DNA of 64,000 nucleotides, taken from NCBI GenBank assembly GCA_038891095.1, contig JAWAEV010000003.1, positions 1 to 64,000 on the forward strand, written 5' to 3'. The notes beneath the pieces were generated by a model, which saw only the letters and a list, made by a program, of their open reading frames with translations, had not been told where the DNA came from and did not search any database. Origin of the DNA: Candidatus Altiarchaeota archaeon. GTDB lineage: Archaea; Altiarchaeota; Altiarchaeia; IMC4; QMZM01. The position numbers and the translations under genes are program-made. Shown in pieces: positions 1-9,460 of this stretch. Numbering within the stretch: position 1 is the stretch's first letter; each line of letters opens with the position of its first letter.

Positions 1-305
1 CATATAGACCAATGACAAATTCTGAGAAGGAAGAGCTAGAAAGCTTAGTTAACAAAGTTTTTGAAAATTTTATTTTTGAGATAGCAGAGAATAGAAATCT
101 ATCTTTTGAATATGTAAAAAGCATCGCAGATGGAAGTATCTACCTTGGTGAAGAAGCAAAAAAACTTGGGCTAATTGATGAAGTTGGCAATATGGATGAT
201 GCTATAAGAATTGCACAAGAGCTCGCAGGAATAAAAGGTAAGGCGAATGTTAAGGAAATTTCAAAAAGAAAAACAATATTTGATTTATTTTCAATAGAGG
301 AATAA
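1..305 (+). CDS. sppA: Signal peptide peptidase SppA (S49), C-terminal part; gene begins upstream of window
   Basis: Frame is open from the window start (YRPMT...). It has the S49 C-terminal pattern [27 protein letters not shown]. Confidence 0.85.
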   Translation, partial: YRPMTNSEKEELESLVNKVFENFIFEIAENRNLSFEYVKSIADGSIYLGEEAKKLGLIDEVGNMDDAIRIAQELAGIKGKANVKEISKRKTIFDLFSIEE

Positions 306-306
306 A

Positions 307-558
307 ATGGGAAGAATAAAACAAACTTTTTTGAAAAGAACCGCTAAGGAGTTAATGGAGAGATATAATGATGAATTTGGTACAGATTTTGATAGTAATA
401 AGAAGAAGGTCCAAGAGCTTAGTAACATTGAAAGTAAAAGCATAAGAAATAAAATTGCAGGGTACATAACAAGGATAAAGAAAAGAGAAGAAAAAGAGAA
501 GAAAAAGATGGAAGAAATGATTTCTCAAACAAAAGAAAAAGTTGCAGCGACTACTTAA
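307..558 (+). CDS. rps17e: 30S ribosomal protein S17e
   Basis: [11 protein letters not shown]...F.TDFDSNKK...[14 protein letters not shown]. Confidence 0.95.
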   Translation: MGRIKQTFLKRTAKELMERYNDEFGTDFDSNKKKVQELSNIESKSIRNKIAGYITRIKKREEKEKKKMEEMISQTKEKVAATT

Positions 559-1340
559 ACTTCATAACAAACATCTTTGAAACCACAGCTCTCACATTTC
601 TTCCCAGAACCATGTGGGCATATTTCTGGCAACTCACCAGAGAGAATTTCAAAAATTTTATCTCTTGTGTATAGAACATTCCTTCTTAATTTCTCAGAGG
701 TCATTACAGGCCTTCTTTCTTGAATTCTTGTATATTCAACAAAACCATAAGGAATTCTTACCTCAAGTTTCTCTTCTAATAGCATTGCATATGCACATAC
801 TTGCAATCTATCGGCATCCCAAATACTCTCAGCAGGATTCCCTGTTTTTATTTCTATAGGGAAATAACTTTCATCTTTCATAACTTTGTCAACTCTACCA
901 GAGAGCTTCATTCTTTCTGATCTTAGAGAGAATTCAACCTTCCATGGAGTTACTCTTCTAAGGGCTTCAGTAATTCCGAATTTTTCTATCATTGTCCTGA
1001 CTCTTTTTTCCATAATTTTTATCTCCTCAACGATCTCTGGTTTAATTTCTGGTAGAATTTTCTCAATTTCGATAGTTTCAATCTTCTCTCTATAGATGTG
1101 AGGTATGTCCCTAAGGATATTCTCAAGTTCTTCCATTAGTATTGGTCTAATCTCATCAATATCTTTTATTTTAGCTATTATCTTTGCTTGTCTCAGTGAA
1201 AATTCCTTTCTTATTGCATGTCCAAGGATACCTTTTTCTTGTTCTATTGATAGTTTCGGAGCTATTTTTAAGACATTTGAAAAGTAAATCGTTCTTGGGC
1301 AGAAAACATACCTGTTTATGTCAGAGACATTTACAAGCAT
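555..1340 (-). CDS. Stand-alone Cas4-like PD-(D/E)XK nuclease with Fe-S cysteines
   Basis: N-terminal CPR, GRVDKV...[16 protein letters not shown] and a C-terminal CxxC..C cluster. No cas1/cas2 or array nearby. Confidence 0.85.
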   Translation of the reverse strand: MLVNVSDINRYVFCPRTIYFSNVLKIAPKLSIEQEKGILGHAIRKEFSLRQAKIIAKIKDIDEIRPILMEELENILRDIPHIYREKIETIEIEKILPEIKPEIVEEIKIMEKRVRTMIEKFGITEALRRVTPWKVEFSLRSERMKLSGRVDKVMKDESYFPIEIKTGNPAESIWDADRLQVCAYAMLLEEKLEVRIPYGFVEYTRIQERRPVMTSEKLRRNVLYTRDKIFEILSGELPEICPHGSGKKCESCGFKDVCYEV

Positions 1341-1344
1341 CTTA

Positions 1345-2532
1345 TTATGTAAATAGATTCAGTATGTCATTATATAAAATTTTTATCATAAGTGCACCAG
1401 CAATAAAAGTTCCAAGTGAGCTTCCAATATTTGAAAATGATATAACAAGCAAAATCCTTGTTACTTGATTTTTCCATAAATCTCTAAAGCCATTAATTTT
1501 ATAAAGACCTTCAAAATCTCTTACCTTAGGTTTTCTTAACCAAAGCTCTGCAAAACCAGCAAACCATCCTGAAGCAAGTGCAGGATGCAATGATGTGAAT
1601 GGTGCAGCAAAAAATGCAACCATTATTGCTATAGGATGTGCCAATGCTAAAGCAGCACCAATTGCTGAGAGGAATGCATGAATTAAAAACCATTTTGAAA
1701 ATAGATCAAATGTAAAATTTAATCCATGAGAATAAAAACTGAAAGCAAAAAGTGAAAAAATTAAAAGAGTTATAGCGTAAGTAAAAAGTTTAAGTGCACT
1801 TTTTTTCTTTGGAACTTTTCTAATTTCTTTCAAAGAAAAGTCAATTTTTTTCTTTTCTAAGTTCTCTTTTATGCCTTTAACATGGCCTGCTCCAACAACA
1901 GCTAAAATTTTTTTCCCCCTCAAAGATAAAATTTTTTTTGCTATATATGCATCTCTTTCATCAACCAAAACTTTTTTTACTGAAGGTATTTCTCTTCCAA
2001 GTTCATTCATCATCTCTGTTATCACATCACTATCTTTAAATTTCTCTATTGTCTCCTCTGTGATTTCTTCTTTTATAAAAATTCCTGAGAGGAATAGATA
2101 TAAAAGTTTAAATTTCTCTCTTAGTGACATTAAATTAAATGCTCTGCTTAGTGTAACATTTACATCCCTATCAACAAGCGCTATTTTTGCATTTTCTTTT
2201 TTTGCAATTTCAATAGCTTGTAGCATTTCTGCACCTGGTCTAACACCAAATTCGTCACCAATCTTTCTTTGAAAATTTGTAAGCAAGAGTTGCATTAGAA
2301 ACAAGTTTGTTTTACCTTCTTTTATTATTTCTATAATATCTGATTCTTCCCATCGTTTTTTATCAATTAATGCATGATAACGATCGCTACATAATTCAAC
2401 TGCAACAAAATCTGGTTTTTCTTCTTTTATCGTTTTCTCTACAAGCAGTACAGATTCCCTTGAAACATGTGCAGTTCCAAGCAAAAGAATTTCTTTTTCA
2501 TCAACAAAAACTCTTGTTATTTCGTTAAGCAT
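1345..2532 (-). CDS. TraB/PrgY/GumN family protein with C-terminal membrane domain
   Basis: LLGTAHVS, VAVELC, PGAEM, LVDRD, LVDERD, VVGAGHVKG. Confidence 0.9.
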   Translation of the reverse strand: MLNEITRVFVDEKEILLLGTAHVSRESVLLVEKTIKEEKPDFVAVELCSDRYHALIDKKRWEESDIIEIIKEGKTNLFLMQLLLTNFQRKIGDEFGVRPGAEMLQAIEIAKKENAKIALVDRDVNVTLSRAFNLMSLREKFKLLYLFLSGIFIKEEITEETIEKFKDSDVITEMMNELGREIPSVKKVLVDERDAYIAKKILSLRGKKILAVVGAGHVKGIKENLEKKKIDFSLKEIRKVPKKKSALKLFTYAITLLIFSLFAFSFYSHGLNFTFDLFSKWFLIHAFLSAIGAALALAHPIAIMVAFFAAPFTSLHPALASGWFAGFAELWLRKPKVRDFEGLYKINGFRDLWKNQVTRILLVISFSNIGSSLGTFIAGALMIKILYNDILNLFT

Positions 2533-2597
2533 AACATAGATAATTTAGAATTTAACAAAAAGAATGAAAAGGGATAATGAAAAGGAGATAAATAAAA

Positions 2598-3094
2598 ATG
2601 ATAATTTTCATTACAGGAAAGCCAAAATCTGGGAAAACAATATTAGTAAGAGAAATTATAAAGGAATTAGAAGGTAGGAAAATTTCAGGAATAATAACTC
2701 CTGAATTCAAAAATGAAAAATTCGTAAGAGAAGGCTTCTTTATTAAGATTTAAATTCTGGTAAAAGAGAAATTCTTGCATCTGTTAAGATAAACTCTAAA
2801 CAAAAGTTATTAAATATTATTTGGATACTGAAGCTATAGATAGAATTCTTGAATTATTTCCTAGATTATTTCAAGATTCTGGAATATGTAGTGCAGATAA
2901 CTCGAGGCTATGGAATTAAAATCAAAAAAATTTCAAAAGATAGAAAATATCTTAGAGCATAAGAAATTTTTTATTATTGTTTTGCATAGAAATCTAATTG
3001 AGAAATACAAAAGCAAAGGAGAGCTTTTTTGGATAGAAAAAATTTTGATGAAGTTAAAAAGAGGATAGTTAGCATGATAAATTGTAGTGCCTAA
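2598..3094 (+). pseudogene. Frameshifted THEP1/NTPase_1 family nucleoside triphosphatase
   Basis: MIIFITGKPKSGKT (Walker A)...GIITPE...REGF stops at 2751-2753. Later fragments in other frames read DLNSGKREILAS, KYYLD, AMELKSKKF, IIVLHR and NFDEVKKRIV, implying several 1-nt deletions. Confidence 0.8.
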
Positions 3095-3095
3095 C
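3083..3095 (+). repeat. Dispersed 13-bp repeat TGTAGTGCCTAAC, copy 1
   Basis: Exact match to copies at 27164 (rc), 29315 and 32222. Contains the terminal TAA of the NTPase pseudogene's last frame. Confidence 0.9.
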
Positions 3096-3136
3096 TTACC
3101 AACCAAGTTTTTAATTTTTCTTTTAAAATTCTTTAC

Positions 3137-4009
3137 ATGAAGTTATCTAATGCTATAAAGCTAACAATTGTTATGTTAATTTGGGCATCATCATGGATCT
3201 TTATAAAATTTTCCTTAGGATATGTGAAACCATTCTCATTAGCATTTCTAAGATTTTTCTTAGCTTCTATTTTGTTATTTCCTATAGCTATGCTCAGAAA
3301 AAAGGGAGAAATGCAAAAATTTTCTTTAAGTGATTTGAAAATCTATTGCATTCTTGCATTAACAGGAGTAACATTACTTTATGTCTTTGAGTTTATTGCT
3401 TTGCTTTATACAACAGCAATAAATGCTTCTCTCTTAATAAACCTTTCAGTTATATTCGTTGCTTTGTTTACATTTTTTTTCTGGGGTGAAAGATTAGAAA
3501 GGAGTGCTTTAGCAGGAATAGTTATCTCTTTAGTTGGAGTTTTCCTAATAGTAACAAAAGGGAAGCCATTTGAATTTTTTACTGAGAAGAGCTTTATTGG
3601 TGATCTCCTAATTATATCTTCAGCATTTCTTTGGATGGTTTATACTATTGTTGGAAAAAAATTTCTTGAAAGAAAAGATCCGTTAGTTGCAACAGCATAT
3701 ACATTCGCCTTAGGCACAATTTTTTTAATTCCTTTTGCTTTTTATGACAATTTAGCATCGATATTTGAAATCCCATTCATAACATGGCTTGCAATTCTTT
3801 ATTTAGCAATTTTTTGCTCAGTAATTGGATATTTTATATGGGCTCAAGTTATAAAAGAGGAATTAGCATCAAAGGTTTCAGTTTTTCTGTATATGGTACC
3901 TTTATTCACTGCAGTTTTCTCAGTTATATTTTTGAATGAAGAGATAACAATTTTCATTATTTTAGGAGGATTTTTAGTTATTTTTGGAGTTCATTTAGCG
4001 GAAAAGTAA
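3137..4009 (+). CDS. EamA/DMT family transporter
   Basis: About 10 TM segments in two EamA halves; IWASSWIFIK, AFLRF, GDLL, FLNEEIT. Confidence 0.9.
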   Translation: MKLSNAIKLTIVMLIWASSWIFIKFSLGYVKPFSLAFLRFFLASILLFPIAMLRKKGEMQKFSLSDLKIYCILALTGVTLLYVFEFIALLYTTAINASLLINLSVIFVALFTFFFWGERLERSALAGIVISLVGVFLIVTKGKPFEFFTEKSFIGDLLIISSAFLWMVYTIVGKKFLERKDPLVATAYTFALGTIFLIPFAFYDNLASIFEIPFITWLAILYLAIFCSVIGYFIWAQVIKEELASKVSVFLYMVPLFTAVFSVIFLNEEITIFIILGGFLVIFGVHLAEK

Positions 4010-4010
4010 A

Positions 4011-5087
4011 ATGTTACACTTGAAAGTTAAAAAAAGCGAAGGTGAAAAAACAAGAAAAATTTTAATTAAAAAAAATGTATTAAACAAAGATAAAAAAATT
4101 TTAAGTAAAGATAACTTTTTGTTTTTTCCATTAAAGAAAAAAGTTAATATCTCTGGGGAAATTGTTGATATTAAAGCTGGAAAAAAAGAGGGGAGAAAGA
4201 AAAGAATAGAAGATTTCTTAAAGGGAAAAATAAGTGAAGACGAAATTAAGCTAATTCCAAGATCATTTGATTTAGTTGGGGATATAATAATTTTAGAGCT
4301 AAATGAAAAACTTAAAAAAAAGAGAAAGATTATCGCTGAAGCCTTTTTAAATGCAAACAAACATGCAAAAACTGTTCTAAGAAAAATCTCAAAAAGAGAA
4401 GGCGAGTTCAGAATAAGAAAATTTGAGATTCTTGCTGGTGAAAATAAAACTGAAACAATTCATAAAGAGTATGGCTCCTTGATAAAGATTGATGTAGCAA
4501 AAGTTTATTTCTCTCCAAGAGAAGCATTAGAAAGACAAAGAATAGCCTCTCTTGTTAAAGAAAATGAAAAAATTTTAGTAATGTTCTCTGGAGCAGCACC
4601 TTTTGCAATACAAATTGCAAAAAAACAGCCGAAATGTAGTATTACATGTATCGATTCAAATCCAAAAGCGATAGAATACGCAAATGAAAATATTCGCATA
4701 AATAAAATTTCTGACAGAGTTAAAAATTATTGTATTGATGTTAGAGAAATTCAGAAAAAAATTAATGAAAAATTTTCCCGCATAGTAATGCCTTTGCCAA
4801 AAGGTGCTCATGAGTTTTTAGATATTGCAATACCTTTGTTAGAAGATGGGGGAATTTTGCATTTTTATCATTGGGCAAAAGAAGATGATCTATTCTCAGA
4901 AGCTGAGAATTTAATTAAAGAGAAGGCAAAAAAATTTAAAAAAAATGTAAAAATTTTGGATAGGAGAAAAGTTTTACCTTATGCACCAAGAACTTGGAAA
5001 ATTGCTTTAGATGTTTGTTTTTCAAGTGAAACTAAACACTCACAGGAAGTGAAAAGAGATTCCATCCAAAATAAAGTGGAAAAGTAA
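4011..5087 (+). CDS. trm5: Trm5/TYW2-family tRNA G37 SAM-dependent methyltransferase
   Basis: PRSFDLVGDIII, GEFRIR, TIHKEYG, KVYFSPR, MFSG, RIVMPLP, LHFY. Confidence 0.85.
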   Translation: MLHLKVKKSEGEKTRKILIKKNVLNKDKKILSKDNFLFFPLKKKVNISGEIVDIKAGKKEGRKKRIEDFLKGKISEDEIKLIPRSFDLVGDIIILELNEKLKKKRKIIAEAFLNANKHAKTVLRKISKREGEFRIRKFEILAGENKTETIHKEYGSLIKIDVAKVYFSPREALERQRIASLVKENEKILVMFSGAAPFAIQIAKKQPKCSITCIDSNPKAIEYANENIRINKISDRVKNYCIDVREIQKKINEKFSRIVMPLPKGAHEFLDIAIPLLEDGGILHFYHWAKEDDLFSEAENLIKEKAKKFKKNVKILDRRKVLPYAPRTWKIALDVCFSSETKHSQEVKRDSIQNKVEK

Positions 5088-7440
5088 AGATAACTCTCTG
5101 CTTGCTATCGCAGGTATATTTACAACTCCAAGTGCTTAGATCGTTCCAATTATCACTTGTATTGCAAGTGTTATTGCCACCAATGTTACCAAGGCTATTT
5201 GTTGTTATATAAATGTCCTTATTTAAATTACCACAGAAATTGTTGCTTAATAAGCTATTATTTGATGACTGACTTAGATAAATTCCATAGTTATTTAAAA
5301 TTGCAGTGTTATTATCAATAATATTTTTGTCTGAAGCTTCGATAAGTATGCCATAGCCATCAGTTATGTTCATGAGAGTATTATTGCATATGCTCTCATT
5401 AAAAGAATTCATTATATGCACGCCAGAACCATCATTCATGTTATAGACTAAATTTTTATAAATTTTATTTTCGTTGGAGCTAGAGGAGTAGATACCATCA
5501 CCATTACCACTACTATCAAAAACTTCATTTTCTATCAGATTATTAAAAGAACTTTCTGATAGACCTATACCATTTAATATTCTATAAATTTTATTATGTG
5601 AAATATCTGTTTTATTTGATAACTGCAAGAGGATGCCATCCCACTTAATTGAAGTTATATTATTATACTCTAAAGTATTGTTCCGCGAACAATAAAGATG
5701 AATTCCATAGCTGCTACCAATTATTTCGTTGGCTATTATTCTATTATTTTCAGTTCCTTGATCTAAAAGTACGCCTTTTGTGGAGTTTACTATTTTATTT
5801 TCAGCAACATAAGTATCTTTTGTCATACCTGTCAGTTCAATTCCATAATTAGAAACATTTTCTATGTAATTTTTTGTTATTCTAATGTTTTTCGTTACAG
5901 AAGGCGTAATCCCATCAAAAGTGCTATTTATTATCGTGTTTAATGTTATGTTATTTTCCTCACTATCATCAATTGAGATACCAGCTGTATTAAATAAGCT
6001 GTTATTCTCGATTAAAGAATAATTAACATAATAAAAATAAATTCCATAACTGCTGGCATTATTTATTAAATTATTTTTGATTATGCAACCTAACGAATTT
6101 TGAATAGATATGGCATCTTCTGCTGTGTATATTTTATTGTCTGTTATTTTAATAGCAGTGCTACCATCATAAGCATAAATTCCTTGATTATTGCTATAAT
6201 AAACTGAATTGTTAATGATAGTGCTATTCCTACTGCTACTAAGACCTATTCCCTGATTACTATATGAAGCAATATTTTCTACTATAACATTTTCATCAGA
6301 AAATCCACTTAGATAAATTCCATCATCTCCAGTTAAGCTTAAATTATTCTTGCTTATATTGTTATGACTTGAACTATCAAGATAAATCCCTTTTTGAGTG
6401 GAATTTATTATTGTATTTCCTTCAATGTTGTTATAACTGCTTCCGATAATGTAAATTCCATAATTGCAATTTTCCAAGTTATTTTGGCTTACATTAACAT
6501 AGTCATTATCACCTTCCCCATAAATTTTGATACAATAATAGTTATCATAAATATTATTGTTTATCGTTTTTGTGTAATAACCATCATCCCATATTCCTGC
6601 ATCATGTACATCAGTACCGGAATGCCCATGTATGATATTTGATATAATACTGTTATTATTACCACCAATTTCTATTCCACTCTGCCGATTTTTATAGATA
6701 GTGTTGGATGAAACGAAACTATTGTTACCATCAAGTCTTATTCCTATAGTATTATTATACACAAAATTATTTGTTATATTGTTGTTTTTTGATGAAAATA
6801 ATAAGACAATTCCATACATACCATTTGAACTAGCATTATTCCCCATTAATATGTTGTTAGATGAAGAGGATAAAAGAATTCCTTCATTATTATTCAAATA
6901 AAGATTATTATTTGTCAATTTGTTGTATGATGAGGAATATAAAGAAATTCCATAATTATTTGAACTAGCATTATTCCCCATTAATGTGTTGTTGGATGAA
7001 GAGGATAAATAGATTCCAGCACCACCATTTGAGTTGACATTCCCTATCAATGTGTTGTTTAACGAAGAGGCTAAATAAATTCCTTCATCAAAATCGCTGA
7101 TTACACAATTTCTTATTGTGTTGTTTTGCTTTTCATTTAAGTAAATTCCTTTACTATATTTTGTGTGAGTTCCATCAATTCTATAGCCTTGGCAGTCAAA
7201 AATTTTATTTGAGAAATTTTCAGGGTTGTTTATACAAGTTCCTGAAAAGTTAATTATGTCTTGGGTTAATTTTATGGTATCATAGCAATTTGTATTATCA
7301 TTTAAAGCATTCACACAATCAATACAAAAACTACAGTTACAAATTCCATCTCCTTCAATATTGTATCCATTTACACATATCGCAAAAACAAAAAATAAAA
7401 TAAATTTAGGAAAATTTAAGTAAATTGACTTATTTTTCAT
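5032..7440 (-). CDS. Secreted NosD/CASH parallel beta-helix repeat protein
   Basis: Signal peptide, Cys-rich N-cap (CNCSFCIDC; FDCQG), many GIYLxxSxNNxxxxN repeats. Ends in a GWNLFSLP motif. Confidence 0.85.
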   Translation of the reverse strand: MKNKSIYLNFPKFILFFVFAICVNGYNIEGDGICNCSFCIDCVNALNDNTNCYDTIKLTQDIINFSGTCINNPENFSNKIFDCQGYRIDGTHTKYSKGIYLNEKQNNTIRNCVISDFDEGIYLASSLNNTLIGNVNSNGGAGIYLSSSSNNTLMGNNASSNNYGISLYSSSYNKLTNNNLYLNNNEGILLSSSSNNILMGNNASSNGMYGIVLLFSSKNNNITNNFVYNNTIGIRLDGNNSFVSSNTIYKNRQSGIEIGGNNNSIISNIIHGHSGTDVHDAGIWDDGYYTKTINNNIYDNYYCIKIYGEGDNDYVNVSQNNLENCNYGIYIIGSSYNNIEGNTIINSTQKGIYLDSSSHNNISKNNLSLTGDDGIYLSGFSDENVIVENIASYSNQGIGLSSSRNSTIINNSVYYSNNQGIYAYDGSTAIKITDNKIYTAEDAISIQNSLGCIIKNNLINNASSYGIYFYYVNYSLIENNSLFNTAGISIDDSEENNITLNTIINSTFDGITPSVTKNIRITKNYIENVSNYGIELTGMTKDTYVAENKIVNSTKGVLLDQGTENNRIIANEIIGSSYGIHLYCSRNNTLEYNNITSIKWDGILLQLSNKTDISHNKIYRILNGIGLSESSFNNLIENEVFDSSGNGDGIYSSSSNENKIYKNLVYNMNDGSGVHIMNSFNESICNNTLMNITDGYGILIEASDKNIIDNNTAILNNYGIYLSQSSNNSLLSNNFCGNLNKDIYITTNSLGNIGGNNTCNTSDNWNDLSTWSCKYTCDSKQRVIFTFPLYFGWNLFSLPVSV
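6823..7017. repeat. Intragenic ~60-bp near-identical direct repeat, 135-bp period
   Basis: ATTTGAACTAGCATTATTCCCCATTAAT(A/G)TGTTGTT(A/G)GATGAAGAGGATAAA at 6823 and 6958. Confidence 0.85.
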
Positions 7441-7521
7441 TTTGAATATTGATTAATTTATATAGCCTTTCATCATATTTATATAACTTATATAACCCCT
7501 GGTATATAAAAAATTCTAAAA

Positions 7522-7674
7522 ATGGTTGTTGAGTATGAGGAATATAAAGGAAATAAGTTGATTGTTTTAAAAAGGGATGAGAACGATCGTTTTGGCTTCA
7601 AATTCGGAAAAAGAAAAGCAAAGTTAATCGTTGAAAATTTTGAAGCAATAAAAGAGTTTGCAGAAAAAGAGTGA
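7522..7674 (+). CDS. Small 50-aa conserved-looking hypothetical protein (absent from ORF track)
   Basis: MVVEYEEYKGNKLIVLKRDENDRFGFKFGKRKAKLIVENFEAIKEFAEKE. TATA-like GTATATAAA at ~7502 and AAAAATG start context. Confidence 0.75.
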   Translation: MVVEYEEYKGNKLIVLKRDENDRFGFKFGKRKAKLIVENFEAIKEFAEKE

Positions 7675-7715
7675 GGATTCTTAGCTTGTTAAAAAAGCTT
7701 GCCTGAGCTATTGAA

Positions 7716-8057
7716 ATGAAAATAGGGAGAGAATTTTATTTTGATGCTGCACACTTTTTGCCAAGATATAAAGGAAAATGTGAGAGATTCCATGGACATA
7801 CTTATAAGTTTGAAGTTATTATTGATGGAGAAATTCAGAAGAATGGTATGGTACTGGATTTTAATGATTTGAATAAAATTGTTAATGAAAAAATTTTGAA
7901 TTTTTTAGACCATAGAAACTTAAATGAAATTTTTAAGCAGCCAACTGCTGAGAGAATTGCAGAATGGATCTTTTCTAAATTAAAAAAAGAATTGCCTTGT
8001 TTATATTCAGTAAAACTTTGGGAGGGTAAAGGTAAATGGGTTTTGATAGAGAAGTGA
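7716..8057 (+). CDS. queD: 6-carboxy-5,6,7,8-tetrahydropterin synthase
   Basis: FDAAHFL, CERFHGHTY, GMVLDF, LDH, PTAE, LWE. Confidence 0.95.
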   Translation: MKIGREFYFDAAHFLPRYKGKCERFHGHTYKFEVIIDGEIQKNGMVLDFNDLNKIVNEKILNFLDHRNLNEIFKQPTAERIAEWIFSKLKKELPCLYSVKLWEGKGKWVLIEK

Positions 8058-8153
8058 TAATAAAGTTAAAAAGATGGTAGCTTAGGTTGTTATTCAAAAA
8101 TATAAAAAACTAAACTATTTTTGTTAATCCTTTTTAATATACTCTATACCACA

Positions 8154-8846
8154 ATGAAGAAAAAGGCAATCTGTTTGCTCTCAGGTGGTTTGGATTCAGC
8201 AGTTACAACTGCAATTGCCTCTCAAAATTATGAAATTTTTGCCTTAACTTTTTTATATGGGCAAAAACACAAAAAGGAGCTAAATTCAGCTAAAAGATTA
8301 GCAAAGTTTTTCAAAGTAAAAGAGCATAAAATTTTAAAAATTCCATTACAAGAGATTTCTTCTTCCTCATTAATAGACAAAAAGGTAAAAATTCCAATAG
8401 GCAAAAGCTACAAAGAAATAAAAAAATCTAAAGTTATACCAACAACCTATGTAGCTGCTAGGAATATTATCTTTCTTGCATATGCTTTAGCATATGCTGA
8501 AGAAGTTAATGCTGAGAAAATTTTCATCGGAGCTAACCAGATAGATTACTCGCATTATCCTGATTGTAGAAAAGCTTTCATAGAAAAATTTCAGGATATT
8601 GCAAAAGTTGGAACTAAAGCAGGAGTTGAAGGTAAGTGTATAGAAATTGAAGCACCTCTATTAAAAATGTCAAAGGCAGAAATAATAAAAAAAGGTCATG
8701 AACTTAAAGTTCCTTTTGAGCTAACATGGAGTTGTTATCAAGGCAGGAAAAAAGCTTGTGGTGTTTGTGAAAGTTGTATTTTAAGATTGGACGGATTTAA
8801 AAAGGCTAATCTAAAAGATCCTCTGGAATATGAAAAAAGAAATTAA
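8154..8846 (+). CDS. queC: 7-cyano-7-deazaguanine synthase
   Basis: LLSGGLDS, YGQKH, TYVAARN, YPDCR, TWSCY..CGVCESC. ATG at 8154 preferred over TTG at 8121. Confidence 0.95.
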   Translation: MKKKAICLLSGGLDSAVTTAIASQNYEIFALTFLYGQKHKKELNSAKRLAKFFKVKEHKILKIPLQEISSSSLIDKKVKIPIGKSYKEIKKSKVIPTTYVAARNIIFLAYALAYAEEVNAEKIFIGANQIDYSHYPDCRKAFIEKFQDIAKVGTKAGVEGKCIEIEAPLLKMSKAEIIKKGHELKVPFELTWSCYQGRKKACGVCESCILRLDGFKKANLKDPLEYEKRN

Positions 8847-9459
8847 ATTTTTTGTAAATGAAATTTTTCAAAGCATACAAGGTGAAGGTCTTCTCTTAGG
8901 TACAGGGATGAACTTTATAAGGTTTACAAAATGCAACAAATCTTGTAAATGGTGCGACACAAATTTTAAAAAAGGTAAAGAGATGAATATTAAAGAAATC
9001 TTAAAAAGATTGGATAGAAGATTTAGATGGGTTTCTCTCACTGGTGGTGAGCCAATGCTGGAAAAAAATCTCTCAAAATTGATAAAAAGATTGAGAAAGC
9101 AGAAATATAAAATTTTTTTGGAAACAAATGCTACTCTATTTGATGAAAAAATTTTTTCTATATGTGATTTTATTTCAATTGGTTTAAAAGCGCCCTCAAG
9201 TGGAAATTCATATTATAACGAAAAGGTTTTTTCTTATGCTATAAAACATCCAAAGAAGACTCAGATAAAAGTTGTAATCCATAGCAAAGAGGATATTTCT
9301 TTCTTCAGAAAAATTTATAAAAGTAATGAAAAATACAAAAATTGGATCTTACAACCAGAGTGGTCTGTAATGAAAAAGTTAGATTATAATGCCATAATAA
9401 GAGAATTTCCAAAAGTTAGGATAATTCCTCAAACTCATAAAATTTTGAAAGTAAAATAA
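8830..9459 (+). CDS. queE: 7-carboxy-7-deazaguanine synthase (radical SAM)
   Basis: EIFQSIQGEG, CNKSCKWCDT, LTGGEP, ETN, IIPQTHK. Confidence 0.95.
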   Translation: MKKEIKFFVNEIFQSIQGEGLLLGTGMNFIRFTKCNKSCKWCDTNFKKGKEMNIKEILKRLDRRFRWVSLTGGEPMLEKNLSKLIKRLRKQKYKIFLETNATLFDEKIFSICDFISIGLKAPSSGNSYYNEKVFSYAIKHPKKTQIKVVIHSKEDISFFRKIYKSNEKYKNWILQPEWSVMKKLDYNAIIREFPKVRIIPQTHKILKVK

Positions 9460-9460
9460 A

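Noticed and set aside
2886-2903. Fifth, degenerate copy ATGTAGTGCAGATAACTC
   Set aside because: Equally explained as decayed Walker B codons (VV.DELG), so not counted.
8075-8113. preQ1-I riboswitch upstream of queC (ATAAAAAACTAA at 8102-8113 equals the known 3' tail)
   Set aside because: No P1 stem or UUC-containing loop upstream. An A-rich match is expected by chance in this genome.
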